In this document: in pieces, positions 1 to 10,883 of the stretch | Layout: each line of letters begins with the position of its first letter | Position numbering within the stretch: position 1 is the first letter of the stretch | DNA from: Saccharolobus solfataricus P2 | GTDB taxonomy: Archaea > Thermoproteota > Thermoprotei_A > Sulfolobales > Sulfolobaceae | DNA length: 64,000 nt | NCBI RefSeq assembly: GCF_000007005.1 | Contig: NC_002754.1 | Reading direction: 5' to 3' (one strand) | The notes under the pieces: generated by a model | Database searches by the model: none | The model's input: only the letters and a program-made list of their open reading frames with translations | What the model was told of the DNA's origin: nothing | Program-made: the position numbers and the translations under genes

Positions 1-482
1 ATTAGCTATTGTGGAACCGTTTGCGAATTGAAGCATAACTTCACTTGTTCCATTAATATATGCATAAGCGTTAATATCAGTAGCATTAAAACCAGCCCAT
101 ATCAATTCTGTCTCATTTGCACTCATTATCACTATTCTTATTAAATCAGGTAAGTCAGTTTTTATCGTAATGGTGTTATTAGTATAAGCTGATACGTTAA
201 CATATCCCTCAAATTTTTCTGGAGAAGAAGCAAATAATAAAGTGTAAACTGTTCTATTGTACGTTACCTTAAACGCTTTGCCGTCACTTAGGGTTGTATT
301 GTATGTAGCTGAACTTACAGTATAAGTTACTGTACTTGCACTTAATGGACCATTAATACCGGAGGCTCTGTATACACTATCATATCTTTGATAATACACG
401 TGTATTGTAGGACTTGAACTAGCTGAAATTAGAATTGTTGCGAAAACCGTTAAGGGGGAAGTAGGAGGACTAGCCATTTCAT
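1..482 (-). pseudogene. Secreted/surface protein (runs off the window edge) with an apparent 1-nt frameshift in its signal-peptide coding region
   Basis: Manual translation: ATG at 482 gives MKWLVLLLPP then TAA (452-450). The frame from ATG 477 is open to the window edge (..LTVFATILISASSSPTIHVYYQRYDSVY.., S/T/N-rich with sequons). One extra base in the G5 run at 454-458 joins them into a typical signal peptide. TTATATAG lies 23 nt upstream of 482. Confidence 0.6.
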
Positions 483-583
483 GTGAGATAGTAGGACGTT
501 TCCCCTATATAAGGGTTAAGTCGTTCCGCTTCATGAAACGGGTTGAATTTCAAATAATTTCTTCACTAGATTTATATCACGAA

Positions 584-1177
584 CTAATATAAACTCATCT
601 GAGTTTTCATTACTGTGCTGTTAGTGGAGTTTCCTATAAATTTAAAGTAAAGACCTATATCGTTAAGTATTTGTTGTGGCGTCAAATTCTCATAACTCTT
701 ACCATAAATATAAGCAGTTACCTTAACATCATTCTCCTTTATAGTTACATTTACATAGGTTTGGTTAAGATTTAACGTTACGACTTGACCATCTTCAAAA
801 TAGAGAATAACATATAATTGAGAAAACGTTATATTAGGCTTGATACCAACAATGTATATTCCATGTTCTTTAACGTGTATCTTAAATTCAGCCTTAAATG
901 AAAATGAATAGGTCTGAGGCTGTTTAGTAGTAGTTGAAGATCCAGAATTAGTAGTAGAGGACTGAGTTGTAGTGATAGTTGAAGTTGCTCCAGATGTCGT
1001 GTTAGTTGTGGTTGAACTAGACGGAGAGATAATTTGCACTGTGGAGACATTTATTGGAATTCCACCTACTGGCTGAGTAGGTCTATTGTGTAGTGTATAA
1101 TAAAGTTCTACACCTAAAATTACATTTACAATTAAGGTAATAATTACCAAACCTACCAAGAGTGTTTGTCTATCCAC
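584..1177 (-). CDS. Membrane-anchored surface protein with Ser/Thr-rich linker
   Basis: ORF track gives 584..1327. Likely start is GTG at 1177 (VDRQTLLVGLVIITLIV.., N-terminal TM helix) with TTTATATG about 25 nt upstream. Linker SSSTTTNTTSGATSTITTTQSSTT. Confidence 0.75.
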   Translation of the reverse strand: MDRQTLLVGLVIITLIVNVILGVELYYTLHNRPTQPVGGIPINVSTVQIISPSSSTTTNTTSGATSTITTTQSSTTNSGSSTTTKQPQTYSFSFKAEFKIHVKEHGIYIVGIKPNITFSQLYVILYFEDGQVVTLNLNQTYVNVTIKENDVKVTAYIYGKSYENLTPQQILNDIGLYFKFIGNSTNSTVMKTQMSLY

Positions 1178-1437
1178 GATTTGTAATTGGTTGAATATTC
1201 CATATAAACCTTGGTTCCATGAAACAGTGAAACAATACACTTTAGATGACGCATTTACGTCAAAGTATAGCAAATTAAGTAACCTACACGAGCTACATGA
1301 ATTACCTAATATCATAAACCTTTTCATAAAACTTGAAGCGAATAGTTAAAAGTAAATTGCATCTTCTGGAGGGGCGATTCAGGTCTCTTTTGCGAATTGT
1401 AATTCATGAATAAGATGGATAAAACAAAGTAAACTGC

Positions 1438-2876
1438 CAGTTGTGTTTCACCAATTTTACTAGAAATGATGTAATTTCTATGGTAGGGGAAAATATCGAG
1501 TTATGGTTGTGAAAATCGGCTTATTTCAACATGATTATCAAAAAATTTTTAGATTAAACGAGAAGCATGGTTAAAAAGGAGTTTGTATATAGAGGGTAAT
1601 ATCATCTGTTTAGTATTATCAAGCGGGGAGGGGAGGTCTAGGGAGGAGGTGAACAGGAAAGGGTTAAAGCGAGGGACTCCATGACTCCGTTATGCAAGTT
1701 TATGAAACGGGATTCAAAACGGAGTTGAAGTCCCTCGCTAGTTATTTCATCGTCAATAATCTTAACGTTATCTCCCAAGAGTTGGACACGAGGATCGCGG
1801 ACGCAGCTCCGTTCCTGTTGACAGGGAACAGGGGAAAGGAGTACTTGAAGGTCGTTAGGGAAGGAGAGAAGGTGATGAGTCAAGGGGAGAGGAGCTTCAA
1901 GTTCTACCCTCACGTGAAAGTTGAGGGAGAGACTACAATCGTTGCAGTGGACGAGACCGCGATAACCGTGGGGGAGAAGGAGTCGAGGAAGGTGGAAGGA
2001 TTTCAACTCTATAACGGGAAGAGGAAGGGAGTTAAGTTGAGGTCCGTGGACTTGGTGTTCCCCTTGAGGTTGTCCCTCCTCGAGGAGATAGCTGACTTGA
2101 GAAGCGATACTCCCTCCCAGTTCCTGATGAGGGCCGTGAGCGAAGTTGCTCAGCACCTCAAGATAGACTACGTTGTTGCTGACGCGGGTTTCCTGAACTT
2201 GAAGGTAATCAAGGAGATGCCCGTGAAGACCGTGGTAGGAGGTAAGACCAACCTGAAGGGCTTCAAGGAACTCTCCAACGTCCCTCTAACCGAGAAGAAA
2301 TGCGAGGTAAATGACAGGGTTTACGTTGCGTATAGGGTCCTGAAGTACAATGACCTTTACTACTATGAAGTGATATACGTCAAGGAGAAACCCAGGCACT
2401 TCATCTTCGTTACCAACTTCAATGGAGATCCCTACAAGCTAGCTGAGCTCTACAGGTTGAGATGGCAGAGCGAAGAGGGCTTCAAGGTCAGGAAGGCCAG
2501 GATAAGGTACGTGAGGAAGTTAACCAACAAGATCTTCCTCTACCTCTATTACACTGTCCTAGATTCAGTGTGGAACCTCGTGAATTACCTCCTCTTCAAC
2601 TTCAAGTCCACGAAAAGGAAGCCTCTCTCCTTCAACTCCTTCGTCAGGCTTCTCTAACTTCCTCGGCGTGCAGAGGACACTCTGCACGCCGTTCTAACCA
2701 CGTGATAAAAATTCAGATTATCTCCCTTTAATCTGAATCTACACGTTATGTTTATTGCAAATAATGTTAATATGCTATATTTCACTATAATATCACTATC
2801 TTTCTCTATATCAATTCCCTTTTGAAAGAATTAACACAATATCTTTCAAGTGAGATAATTTGGTGAAACACAACTG
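1438..2876 (+). mobile_element. ISC1439 (ISH3 family), complete copy
   Basis: TIRs CAGTTGTGTTTCACCAA / TTGGTGAAACACAACTG; length exactly 1439 bp; 9-bp TSD GTAAACTGC at 1429-1437 and 2877-2885. Confidence 0.95.
1692..2657 (+). CDS. ISC1439 DDE transposase
   Basis: 321 aa with VAVDET, VVADAGF and YRLRWQSEEGFK motifs; lies inside the TIRs. Confidence 0.95.
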   Translation: MQVYETGFKTELKSLASYFIVNNLNVISQELDTRIADAAPFLLTGNRGKEYLKVVREGEKVMSQGERSFKFYPHVKVEGETTIVAVDETAITVGEKESRKVEGFQLYNGKRKGVKLRSVDLVFPLRLSLLEEIADLRSDTPSQFLMRAVSEVAQHLKIDYVVADAGFLNLKVIKEMPVKTVVGGKTNLKGFKELSNVPLTEKKCEVNDRVYVAYRVLKYNDLYYYEVIYVKEKPRHFIFVTNFNGDPYKLAELYRLRWQSEEGFKVRKARIRYVRKLTNKIFLYLYYTVLDSVWNLVNYLLFNFKSTKRKPLSFNSFVRLL

Positions 2877-3306
2877 GTAAACTGCTGAGCGTGGATCTCC
2901 ACCTAGTCAGTGGGGTGGTATTTGATTAAATTCATTACGATTCTTTAAATAAACTGAATTCGTAAAGGATGCGTGAACGGACTTTTTGGAGATCAAGTGA
3001 GATATAAGGACGTATACCAAATTATTATCGCATCAGGATTCTAATTATCTTCAATTATTTTTAGATAATATTATACTAAAAGTCATTTCATTATAGTTAT
3101 TGCAAAGGATTCATATAGCCATAAAACTCTTAAAAATATTTTTAAGAGTTTTAATTATAATTGAATTCTAAGGGAGATCTTAGAACCTATGCTTCTTTAG
3201 TTATAGAAAATAAGATAAAGGCATAATTCCTAACGACAAGGAGAAGTTGAACAACCCAATATTTAGAAATCGCTAAGCTAATAAACTGGTTAATATTTAG
3301 TTAAGT

Positions 3307-4095
3307 TTGATGAAGATTTTGCTATTATTGCTCTTACCATTGATAACAGTCCCAGTCATTATTTCACACTCTTCAATCTTAAATATTTATTATAACGGTA
3401 CTGTAGAGGCTGAACTTACTGGTAACGTTAATCAATTCGTCCTGATAGGGCATAATATAACGAACCTTAAGATCATTGGAGCCAAATATAACTTGTCCGG
3501 AAATACATTATATCTCACTCCCAGTAATACTACTGTTTTCATTTACTACAATGCCATACTACCTAGAGGAGTTATCCAAATTAATGAGCCATATAACGCT
3601 ACAATCAATATTTATCTACCTCTTAACTCCTCTATTAATTACATTTCTCCACAGCCCTACAGCTTTAATGTAATGAGCGATTATTATAATGTTACTTTTG
3701 CAAACGTAAATAGCGTCATATGGCTCTATACGCTTTCTTCCCATGTTACTACAGCACAAAATGAATTGGAGATTCCTATGATAATAGGTGGTTTAATAAG
3801 TAGCGATGCAGTACTAGTTTCACTAATCATATTCTTGCTAAGGAGAGGAAATGTTAGGGTTTTGAAAGAAGAGGAAAGTGTAGATTTCGTTCCAGAGGTG
3901 TTGGATGAAAGGGATACTATTGTGTTAGAGGCAATAAAAATGGGTACAAATACATTAGCTGATATTGTGAGACAGACTGGTTTACCTAAATCTACTGCAT
4001 ATAGGAGAGTTAAGAAGTTAGTTAAGTTGGGATATATAGAGGAGATAAGAGAGGAAGGTAAGATTAGGTACGTGGTAAGGAGCGATAAGAAATAG
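3307..4095 (+). CDS. Membrane-tethered transcription regulator (signal peptide, extracellular domain, TM helix, C-terminal winged HTH; COG2512-like)
   Basis: N-terminal hydrophobic leader, Asn/Tyr-rich ectodomain, TM ending IIFLLRR, then LDERDTIVLEAIK..LADIVRQTGLPKSTAYRRVKKLVKLGYIE wHTH. Confidence 0.8.
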   Translation: MMKILLLLLLPLITVPVIISHSSILNIYYNGTVEAELTGNVNQFVLIGHNITNLKIIGAKYNLSGNTLYLTPSNTTVFIYYNAILPRGVIQINEPYNATINIYLPLNSSINYISPQPYSFNVMSDYYNVTFANVNSVIWLYTLSSHVTTAQNELEIPMIIGGLISSDAVLVSLIIFLLRRGNVRVLKEEESVDFVPEVLDERDTIVLEAIKMGTNTLADIVRQTGLPKSTAYRRVKKLVKLGYIEEIREEGKIRYVVRSDKK

Positions 4096-4162
4096 CTGTT
4101 TCACTGTTCCGGAACGCCTCCCTTAAAAGGATGAACTTATAAGAGAATATGTAGGTGAAAAG

Positions 4163-4696
4163 ATGAATAAGCTACTCCTGCTCGGTGTATTATTAAGCAC
4201 GATATTAGTAGGCGGTGTAGTAATTGGAGAGGAAATAAGCGGAAGTTTAGGAACTATAAGTTACAATGTGACCTCACCGACTATACAAACTACCTTAGCC
4301 TCATTCAATTTAGGGAATTTAACTGCGGGACAAAAAGGTACATTAACGGAAAACGCTACTCTTACTGTTTCGGCTAATGGTACTTATACCATAAAATTAA
4401 AAGAAGATGTATTAGGAGACGTATTCTCTGAATTTAACGTTACAATTCACATTGCTAATTATACCTTTACGTTGTCACTTCACGGAACGGAGCACTATAC
4501 ATTATACCTTAGCAAGGGTACCTATACGGTAAACATTAAGATATCTTATGTGGTATCACAAAATCCTAAGGCAAAGTCAGTTAGTAATATTCCATTCTTA
4601 ATGGTGAAATATGGAGGAGAGCAACAAGCACAACAAACCCAGACGGCAGAGCATGGAAAGAAACATCATGATGACGATAACGAACAAGATGACTAA
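4163..4696 (+). CDS. Secreted/anchored beta-rich protein with Gln/His/Asp C-terminal tail
   Basis: MNKLLLLGVLLSTILVGGVVIG leader; many N-x-T sequons; tail QQAQQTQTAEHGKKHHDDDNEQDD. Confidence 0.7.
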   Translation: MNKLLLLGVLLSTILVGGVVIGEEISGSLGTISYNVTSPTIQTTLASFNLGNLTAGQKGTLTENATLTVSANGTYTIKLKEDVLGDVFSEFNVTIHIANYTFTLSLHGTEHYTLYLSKGTYTVNIKISYVVSQNPKAKSVSNIPFLMVKYGGEQQAQQTQTAEHGKKHHDDDNEQDD

Positions 4697-4787
4697 AAAT
4701 AAGATAGACTAAAAAGGGAGATATAAGGTAAAAAATATTTTTGTCAGAAAGGACCCAGTTCTTCACCATTCAGAGAGAGATTTCACA

Positions 4788-6191
4788 TCACGCATTATAT
4801 TTCTCTCTCATATAATCTAATAGCCTAGATGGGTTATATGCCTCACCAAATGACCTCATTTGTAACTCCTTTGGTGAATATATTGATCCGTATTTATGAA
4901 TTCTCTCTCTTAGCCAATTCTTTATCCCCTCTATATTACTAATATCGAAACCTCTCTCACTCTTCATATGGTAGTATACCATACCAGCTATCACATTTCC
5001 CAATGTATAAGTAGGGAAGTAACCAAAAGAGCCTTGACTCCAATGAACGTCTTGTAATACTCCCTCTCCATCATTCTTAGGCCTTATATTTAGGTATTTG
5101 TCCATCAAATCATTAAATAGTGAGGGGAATTCGCTAGCTTCTAAACTACCCTCTATTGCCCTCTTCTCTATCTCGTATCTGATTGCAATATGAAAGTTAT
5201 AAGTAACTTCATCAGCGTCAACCCTAATTGGTTGCCTCTTAACGCCATTAACATAGTAATATACATCATCAATGCTATCCTTAACGTTTAGCAAGGGATA
5301 AATGGTTTTAATAAAGCCATAACTCCTTCCTACTACGTTTTCCCAGAATCTCGATTGCGACTCATGAAGGCCCATGGAAGGAGCATTTGCTAAAGGAGAG
5401 TATTCTAGACTCGGATCTATTTGTAACTCATATATTGCATGCCCGCTCTCGTGCACTAGAGAATAAAGAACTCTCTTGAAATCATATCCTTCATACCTTA
5501 CTGTTATTCTAACATCATTTCTACTCATTGATACTGTGAAAGGATGAGGAGAAACGTCTATTCTAAATCTATCCTTAGGCATCTTTAGTACCTCATAAGC
5601 TATTGCCTCTATGGTTTTACTCATCTGAAAAACATCATATTTTTCATCCTCAAAATGATATTTTCTAGTAAACTTATCATCGATCTTATTGAGAATCTTA
5701 GACAAACCGGGTAATAACTCGTTGAATACCCTTTCAGCATCGGTGACAGTAAACCCTTCTTCATACCTATCTAAAAGTGCACTATATGGATGATCCTTAT
5801 ACCCTAGCTTATGTGCTATCTCTCTCTTAATCTCAAGTATTTGCTCTAAATAAGGTTTGAATGCGTTAAAATCGCCTTTAGCTTTAGCGTTTCTCCAAAC
5901 TACAGTAGCTTCAGATGTTATTCTATGAAGTTTCATATCCAACTCTTCTGGCACAGCGTCATAGTACTTATATTCTCTTTCTAAAACTCTTTTTAAACCC
6001 TTTTCAATATCATTTTTTGGCTCTAACTTTTCTATCTCGCCTCTAATGCCTAACAACAATTTCCTCCTTAAGTTACTTAGCCTGGCTAAAGCCTCTCCCC
6101 TAGCCTTAATCCCAGATTGGGGCATGTAAGTTTGGATATCCCAATCCAGTAAGCTTATTGCGTGTTCAATTGCCCAAATGTCTTCATACAT
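4788..6191 (-). CDS. M32 family metallocarboxypeptidase
   Basis: HESGH zinc motif, [18 protein letters not shown] and GYFPTYTLG motifs. Confidence 0.95.
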   Translation of the reverse strand: MYEDIWAIEHAISLLDWDIQTYMPQSGIKARGEALARLSNLRRKLLLGIRGEIEKLEPKNDIEKGLKRVLEREYKYYDAVPEELDMKLHRITSEATVVWRNAKAKGDFNAFKPYLEQILEIKREIAHKLGYKDHPYSALLDRYEEGFTVTDAERVFNELLPGLSKILNKIDDKFTRKYHFEDEKYDVFQMSKTIEAIAYEVLKMPKDRFRIDVSPHPFTVSMSRNDVRITVRYEGYDFKRVLYSLVHESGHAIYELQIDPSLEYSPLANAPSMGLHESQSRFWENVVGRSYGFIKTIYPLLNVKDSIDDVYYYVNGVKRQPIRVDADEVTYNFHIAIRYEIEKRAIEGSLEASEFPSLFNDLMDKYLNIRPKNDGEGVLQDVHWSQGSFGYFPTYTLGNVIAGMVYYHMKSERGFDISNIEGIKNWLRERIHKYGSIYSPKELQMRSFGEAYNPSRLLDYMREKYNA

Positions 6192-6221
6192 AAAGGAGAA
6201 TTAGGAGAATTAAATAAAAAA

Positions 6222-7898
6222 TTAAGCTGGTCTAGTCACAGCCCCCATTGACGCCTGGGAGACCAAGGAGGCGTATTTAGCCAATAGACCAGACTTGTAT
6301 CTTGGAGATGGAGGAGACCATCTTTTCAGTCTATTCTTTATCTCCTCCTCGGATAGCTTCAAGTCAAGTCTTTCGCTCTCAACATCAATCACTATAGTAT
6401 CTCCATCTTCAACTATTGCGATAGGACCACCTACCATTGCCTCTGGAGCTACATGGCCTACCATAGGTCCCCTAGTGGCTCCGGAAAATCTACCATCAGT
6501 AACTAAGGCAACGTTATTCAAACCCGCACCCATGATTGCCGCTGTAACTCTCAGCATTTCTGGCATACCTGGAGCTCCCTTAGGTCCTTCATATCTTATA
6601 ATTACAACTTCACCCTCACTAACTTCGCCACTTTGAACTCCCTTAAAAGCGTCGTCCTCGGAATTATACACCTTAGCCTTTCCTTCAAATTTAACAACGT
6701 TAGTTGCGGCTACCTTAATTACGGCACCTTCTGGGGCTAACGATCCCTTCAATATAACTATTCCTCCTCTAGGCTTAATCGGATTCTTAACATCCCTAAC
6801 TATATGACTGTGAGGTACATTAGGATACTTGTATTGCTCAAGGTTTTGCTTCATAGTCTTTCCAGTAACTGTTAAAACGTCACCATGAAGTAGACCAGCG
6901 TCTAGTAGCTTCTTTAAGACTACTGGGACACCTCCAACTTCGTCCAAATCAGCCATCACGTAATCTCCACCAGGTTTCATACTTGCAATATATGGTGTTC
7001 TTTTAGATATCCTATTGAAATCATCTAAGGTTAATTTCACTCCTGCTTCATAGGCTATTGCCAATAGGTGTAATACCGCGTTTGTTGAACCACCCATAGC
7101 CATTAGCGTTGTTATTGCGTTCTCAAAGGCCTCAAAAGTTAATATTTCCCTTGACTTTATTCCGTTTTCAATTAAACTACCTAAAGCTTTTCCAGTTTCC
7201 TTCACATACATTACTCTCCTAGATGAGGTAGCGGTTGGTGATGCACTACCTGGCAATGCCATTCCTAATGCCTCCGACATTGAGCCCATAGTATTGGCTG
7301 TAAATAATCCAGAGCAAGTTCCCAATGTCGGATGTGCCCTTTTCTCTATTTCGTATAGCTCATTTTCTGTTATTCTCTTCGCTAAATATGCGCCTATTGC
7401 CTCATGTACATCCTCTATTGTTAGTCTTTTACCCATAAAGTACCCTGGCTCTGCTGATCCGCCATAAATGTAAATTGAGGGAACGTTTAACCTAGCCATT
7501 GCCATTAGTATACCAGGCGTTGTCTTATCACACCCTCCTATGCCCACTAGTCCATCAAACGCGTGAGCATTAAATTGCGCCTCTACCATATCTGCTATTA
7601 AATCCCTGCTAACTAAACTATACCTCATTCCTTCAGATCCCATTCCAATGTTATCGTTAACTACCATGGTTGGGAATGCTAATGGGGATAAACCGGCTTC
7701 CTTTGTCCCCTCCTTAGCTACTCTTGCTAAAGCTAATGTGTGGAAGTTACAAGGGCCTGCCTCACTCCATGCTGTGGCTATGGCAACCAATGGTTTACCT
7801 ATCTCTTCATCCGTTAAACCTACAGATCTTAGAAACGCTCTGTGTGGAGCATTATATATGCCATGATATCTCGAGGGACTATTTAATTTTGCTGGCAT
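6222..7898 (-). CDS. ilvD: Dihydroxy-acid dehydratase (IlvD/Edd family)
   Basis: [37 protein letters not shown] and TDGRFSG motifs. Confidence 0.97.
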   Translation of the reverse strand: MPAKLNSPSRYHGIYNAPHRAFLRSVGLTDEEIGKPLVAIATAWSEAGPCNFHTLALARVAKEGTKEAGLSPLAFPTMVVNDNIGMGSEGMRYSLVSRDLIADMVEAQFNAHAFDGLVGIGGCDKTTPGILMAMARLNVPSIYIYGGSAEPGYFMGKRLTIEDVHEAIGAYLAKRITENELYEIEKRAHPTLGTCSGLFTANTMGSMSEALGMALPGSASPTATSSRRVMYVKETGKALGSLIENGIKSREILTFEAFENAITTLMAMGGSTNAVLHLLAIAYEAGVKLTLDDFNRISKRTPYIASMKPGGDYVMADLDEVGGVPVVLKKLLDAGLLHGDVLTVTGKTMKQNLEQYKYPNVPHSHIVRDVKNPIKPRGGIVILKGSLAPEGAVIKVAATNVVKFEGKAKVYNSEDDAFKGVQSGEVSEGEVVIIRYEGPKGAPGMPEMLRVTAAIMGAGLNNVALVTDGRFSGATRGPMVGHVAPEAMVGGPIAIVEDGDTIVIDVESERLDLKLSEEEIKNRLKRWSPPSPRYKSGLLAKYASLVSQASMGAVTRPA

Positions 7899-7937
7899 AT
7901 AGAGAAATCTAAACTGAAACTAATAAGTGATCATGTT

Positions 7938-7945
7938 TACAAGTT
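7938..7945 (-). promoter_or_regulatory. Candidate ARA-box-like element upstream of ilvD
   Basis: AACTTGTA on the minus strand, 10 nt before CTTATTAG; same spacing as the boxes at kdaD and araD; 1 mismatch to AACWWGTT. Confidence 0.35.
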
Positions 7946-8118
7946 AGGTTTAACAAGGATGATTTTAGTATGTCTTCCCACCCAGTAGAACCATTTCACC
8001 TTATTTTGCAACTAAAAACCTCAGAAAGAGAAGGGAGTCGTTTAGGAGCGGTACGTAGGAAAATTTATTAATCATGAATAATAAATATGATCATAAGGGT
8101 GGGGCGGGAGGGTAAATT

Positions 8119-8394
8119 ATGATAGATAATCCTACTGATATAATTATAATCTTAGTGGTTATTGCTGTACTCTTCTTTGGATCATCTAAAATGCCAGAGC
8201 TTTTCAGAGCTTTAGGAAGATCAATGGGGGAGTTCAAGAAGGGACAACTAGAAGCAGAAATGGAAATGCAACAAATGATGTCTAGCAATGTAGTTGAAAA
8301 GGGGGAGAGGAGTGAAAGTGTAGAAGAACTTGAGAAGAAAATAGTAGAATTACAAAAGCAATTAGAAGCACTAAAGCAAAGCAAGAAGGCCTGA
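8119..8394 (+). CDS. tatA: Twin-arginine translocase TatA
   Basis: TM helix then LFFGSSKMPELFRALGRSMGEFKKG signature. Confidence 0.95.
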   Translation: MIDNPTDIIIILVVIAVLFFGSSKMPELFRALGRSMGEFKKGQLEAEMEMQQMMSSNVVEKGERSESVEELEKKIVELQKQLEALKQSKKA

Positions 8395-8404
8395 GGTATT
8401 CCAC

Positions 8405-9274
8405 GTGGAAGAAAAAGCAAAGGAGAGAGGTAAAGAAGAGAAGAGTTTTTTCGAAGAAAAGCCATTATTAGATCATTTAAGAGAATTAGCAATAAGACTA
8501 AGGAGAATTATAGCAGCATTAGCTATTTCGTTCTTCTTTTACTTCATGACAGGTTATGAATGGATTAATATAGATCCATTACAAATACCATTTCTTGGGA
8601 TAAGTATCTCAAAAATTCCAATTCCTTATCCGTCATTTTACGATAGTATTGCAGTACAAGTAACCAAATTCTTTATTTACCATGAACTGCCAGCCAATAC
8701 TAAGATAATAATAATAAACTTATTTGATCCAATATATGCGTCGCTTTATGTTTCACTTTACCTCGCACTATTGACCTCGCTTCCCCTCATAATTAGAGAA
8801 ACCTGGGCTTTTTTAGCTCCGGGACTATATAAACATGAAAAGAAAATCTTTAAGCTAACCATGATTCCAGCATTTCTACTTTTCTTCTCTGGTTCTCTAT
8901 TTGCGTTTTTGATACTAATCCCCTTAATGTTTGACATGATATCATTTTATACCGAGTCTTTAGGTCCTGCCGTAGAACCTACCATAAGTTTAAGTTCGTT
9001 CATATCCACAACTTTCCTATTAATGGGGTCGTTAGGACTAGCATTTGAGATGCCACTGATAATGATTGGTTTAACTCACCTAAGAATAGTTAAGGCTAGT
9101 ACTTGGAGGAATTATTGGAGATGGGGAGTTCTGGTATCCTTTATAATTGCATGGATAATATCACCAGGTACAACTGGTGGCGTTATGGAAACAATAATAG
9201 GATTATCACTATCGAGCCTATACTTTTTAGGAATGGGAATCTCTTTCTTAGTAGAGAGGAAAAGGGAATCTTAA
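8405..9274 (+). CDS. tatC: Twin-arginine translocase TatC
   Basis: PLLDHLRELAIRLRRII, WAFLAPGLYKHEKK and AFEMPL motifs; multiple TM helices; follows tatA. Confidence 0.95.
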   Translation: MEEKAKERGKEEKSFFEEKPLLDHLRELAIRLRRIIAALAISFFFYFMTGYEWINIDPLQIPFLGISISKIPIPYPSFYDSIAVQVTKFFIYHELPANTKIIIINLFDPIYASLYVSLYLALLTSLPLIIRETWAFLAPGLYKHEKKIFKLTMIPAFLLFFSGSLFAFLILIPLMFDMISFYTESLGPAVEPTISLSSFISTTFLLMGSLGLAFEMPLIMIGLTHLRIVKASTWRNYWRWGVLVSFIIAWIISPGTTGGVMETIIGLSLSSLYFLGMGISFLVERKRES

Positions 9275-9324
9275 GTTATAAATAGTAGTTATCTTTATAA
9301 TCAACACTAAAGATATTTACCAGT

Positions 9325-9942
9325 GTGGAGAACTCGGAATCGATATTAAACGCTCTAAAGGAGATATTTAACGTGGATCTTAGCAAATACTGGAATGAAG
9401 CTGAAGAAATAAACAATGGGATTAAGCGGGTTTTAGGGAATAGTTTTAGATATGCGCTAAGTGAAACCAAGAGATATGTCCTCTATTCGATAATAAAATA
9501 CTACAATCCAGATATAGTAATTGAAACTGGCGTTGGTCCAGGTGTATCAAGTACAATAATCCTCTCTGCCCTTGAGAGAGGTACGCTACACTCCATTGAT
9601 GTAAGGGAGACTTTAGAGAATGGAAAACAAGTAGGATTTCTAGTCCCGGAACAGTTAAAGAGTAAATGGAAGCTATACATAGGAAGGAGCAGAGATATCT
9701 TACTTGATCTATTAAAGAAGTTAGGTAAGGTTGATATTTTTCTTCATGATAGTGAGCATACGTTTGAGAACGTAACTTTTGAGCTGAATATTGCTTGGGA
9801 TTACTTGAGAAATGGTGGAATATTGCTTATAGATAACCTAGATTTCACTGAAGCACCTTATTATTTCACTAAACAGAAAGGGGTAAAATTATATGAGCTA
9901 ACAAATGAGGCTGGAGGTCTTGGGATTATAATTAAGAGTTGA
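9325..9942 (+). CDS. Class I SAM-dependent methyltransferase (Methyltransf_24-like)
   Basis: VIETGVGPGVS motif I, SID, DIFLHDSEHT and LRNGGILLID. Confidence 0.85.
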   Translation: MENSESILNALKEIFNVDLSKYWNEAEEINNGIKRVLGNSFRYALSETKRYVLYSIIKYYNPDIVIETGVGPGVSSTIILSALERGTLHSIDVRETLENGKQVGFLVPEQLKSKWKLYIGRSRDILLDLLKKLGKVDIFLHDSEHTFENVTFELNIAWDYLRNGGILLIDNLDFTEAPYYFTKQKGVKLYELTNEAGGLGIIIKS

Positions 9943-9985
9943 AAATAGATAAATATTTAAGTTTAATAATGTACAAAAAATACTG

Positions 9986-10510
9986 ATGATGTTAAATAGA
10001 ACTAAGGTATCTGGTTATCTCATATTAGTGGGTGTATCACAATTTTTACTATTTTTTATAATATCGGAAATCTTATACCCAAATTATTCAGTCAAATATA
10101 ACTATATTAGTGACTTAGGAGTTGGAAAAACTGCAATAATATTCAACACATCCATAGTCATAATGGGAATACTAGTCATAATAGCCTCAATACTACTAAG
10201 GGCAAACTACTCACCATTAGTCTTTTTAGTAGGGCTAGGGGCAGCATTAGTAGGTATATTTCCGGAGAATACTGGGCTACCTCATTTGATTGCCTCATTA
10301 ATAACTTTTCTTTTCGGAGGGATAGGTGCATTAGTTACTTCCATTAAGAGGAATTACTTTTGGGGAATACTGGGTATAGCAACATTAGTTTCACTAATTC
10401 TATTCATTCTTAAGGATTATGGACCTTTAGGGCCAGGTGGTTTGGAGAGGATGATAGTTTATCCAGAAATAATATGGGGAATAAGCTTCGCAACGTATTT
10501 AACACGTTAA
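9986..10510 (+). CDS. DUF998-like membrane protein
   Basis: YSVKYNYISDLG, GIFPENTGLPH and GGLER motifs; about 5 TM helices. Confidence 0.75.
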   Translation: MMLNRTKVSGYLILVGVSQFLLFFIISEILYPNYSVKYNYISDLGVGKTAIIFNTSIVIMGILVIIASILLRANYSPLVFLVGLGAALVGIFPENTGLPHLIASLITFLFGGIGALVTSIKRNYFWGILGIATLVSLILFILKDYGPLGPGGLERMIVYPEIIWGISFATYLTR

Positions 10511-10613
10511 TTGTAGGCATAGAAATTATAATTTAGACGACTATTAATGATATTAATGTAAAAATGTTAACAAGAGAAGCTTTATATTCTCTTATAAGAA
10601 ATGTAGAAATGAA

Positions 10614-10883
10614 ATGAGTTTCAAATTTGAGGATATAAAAAACATATTGCAAAATCCTTCAATTAAGGGATTTAAAGTTAGTGTGAGGAAAGCAGTAAAT
10701 TTTTCTGAGAGCAATACCTTCCAATCAATATCGAAGACAACAGTAAAGGAGGGGACTAACTTTGAAGGTATGTGGATTAAGTGCATTAAAGAAAGATTAG
10801 AATGCGATGTAGTAACAGAAAAAGGGGATCTATATATAATTAATTTTAAAGATAAAATAATAATAAAACTTGAATATATTTAA
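10614..10883 (+). CDS. Hypothetical protein
   Basis: 89-aa ORF with normal composition, convergent with the next gene; no motif recognised. Confidence 0.6.
   Translation: MSFKFEDIKNILQNPSIKGFKVSVRKAVNFSESNTFQSISKTTVKEGTNFEGMWIKCIKERLECDVVTEKGDLYIINFKDKIIIKLEYI

Noticed and set aside
1178-1327. N-terminal extension of ORF 584..1327
   Set aside because: Cys-rich, non-protein-like text that overlaps a TATA box; GTG at 1177 gives a clean TM start.
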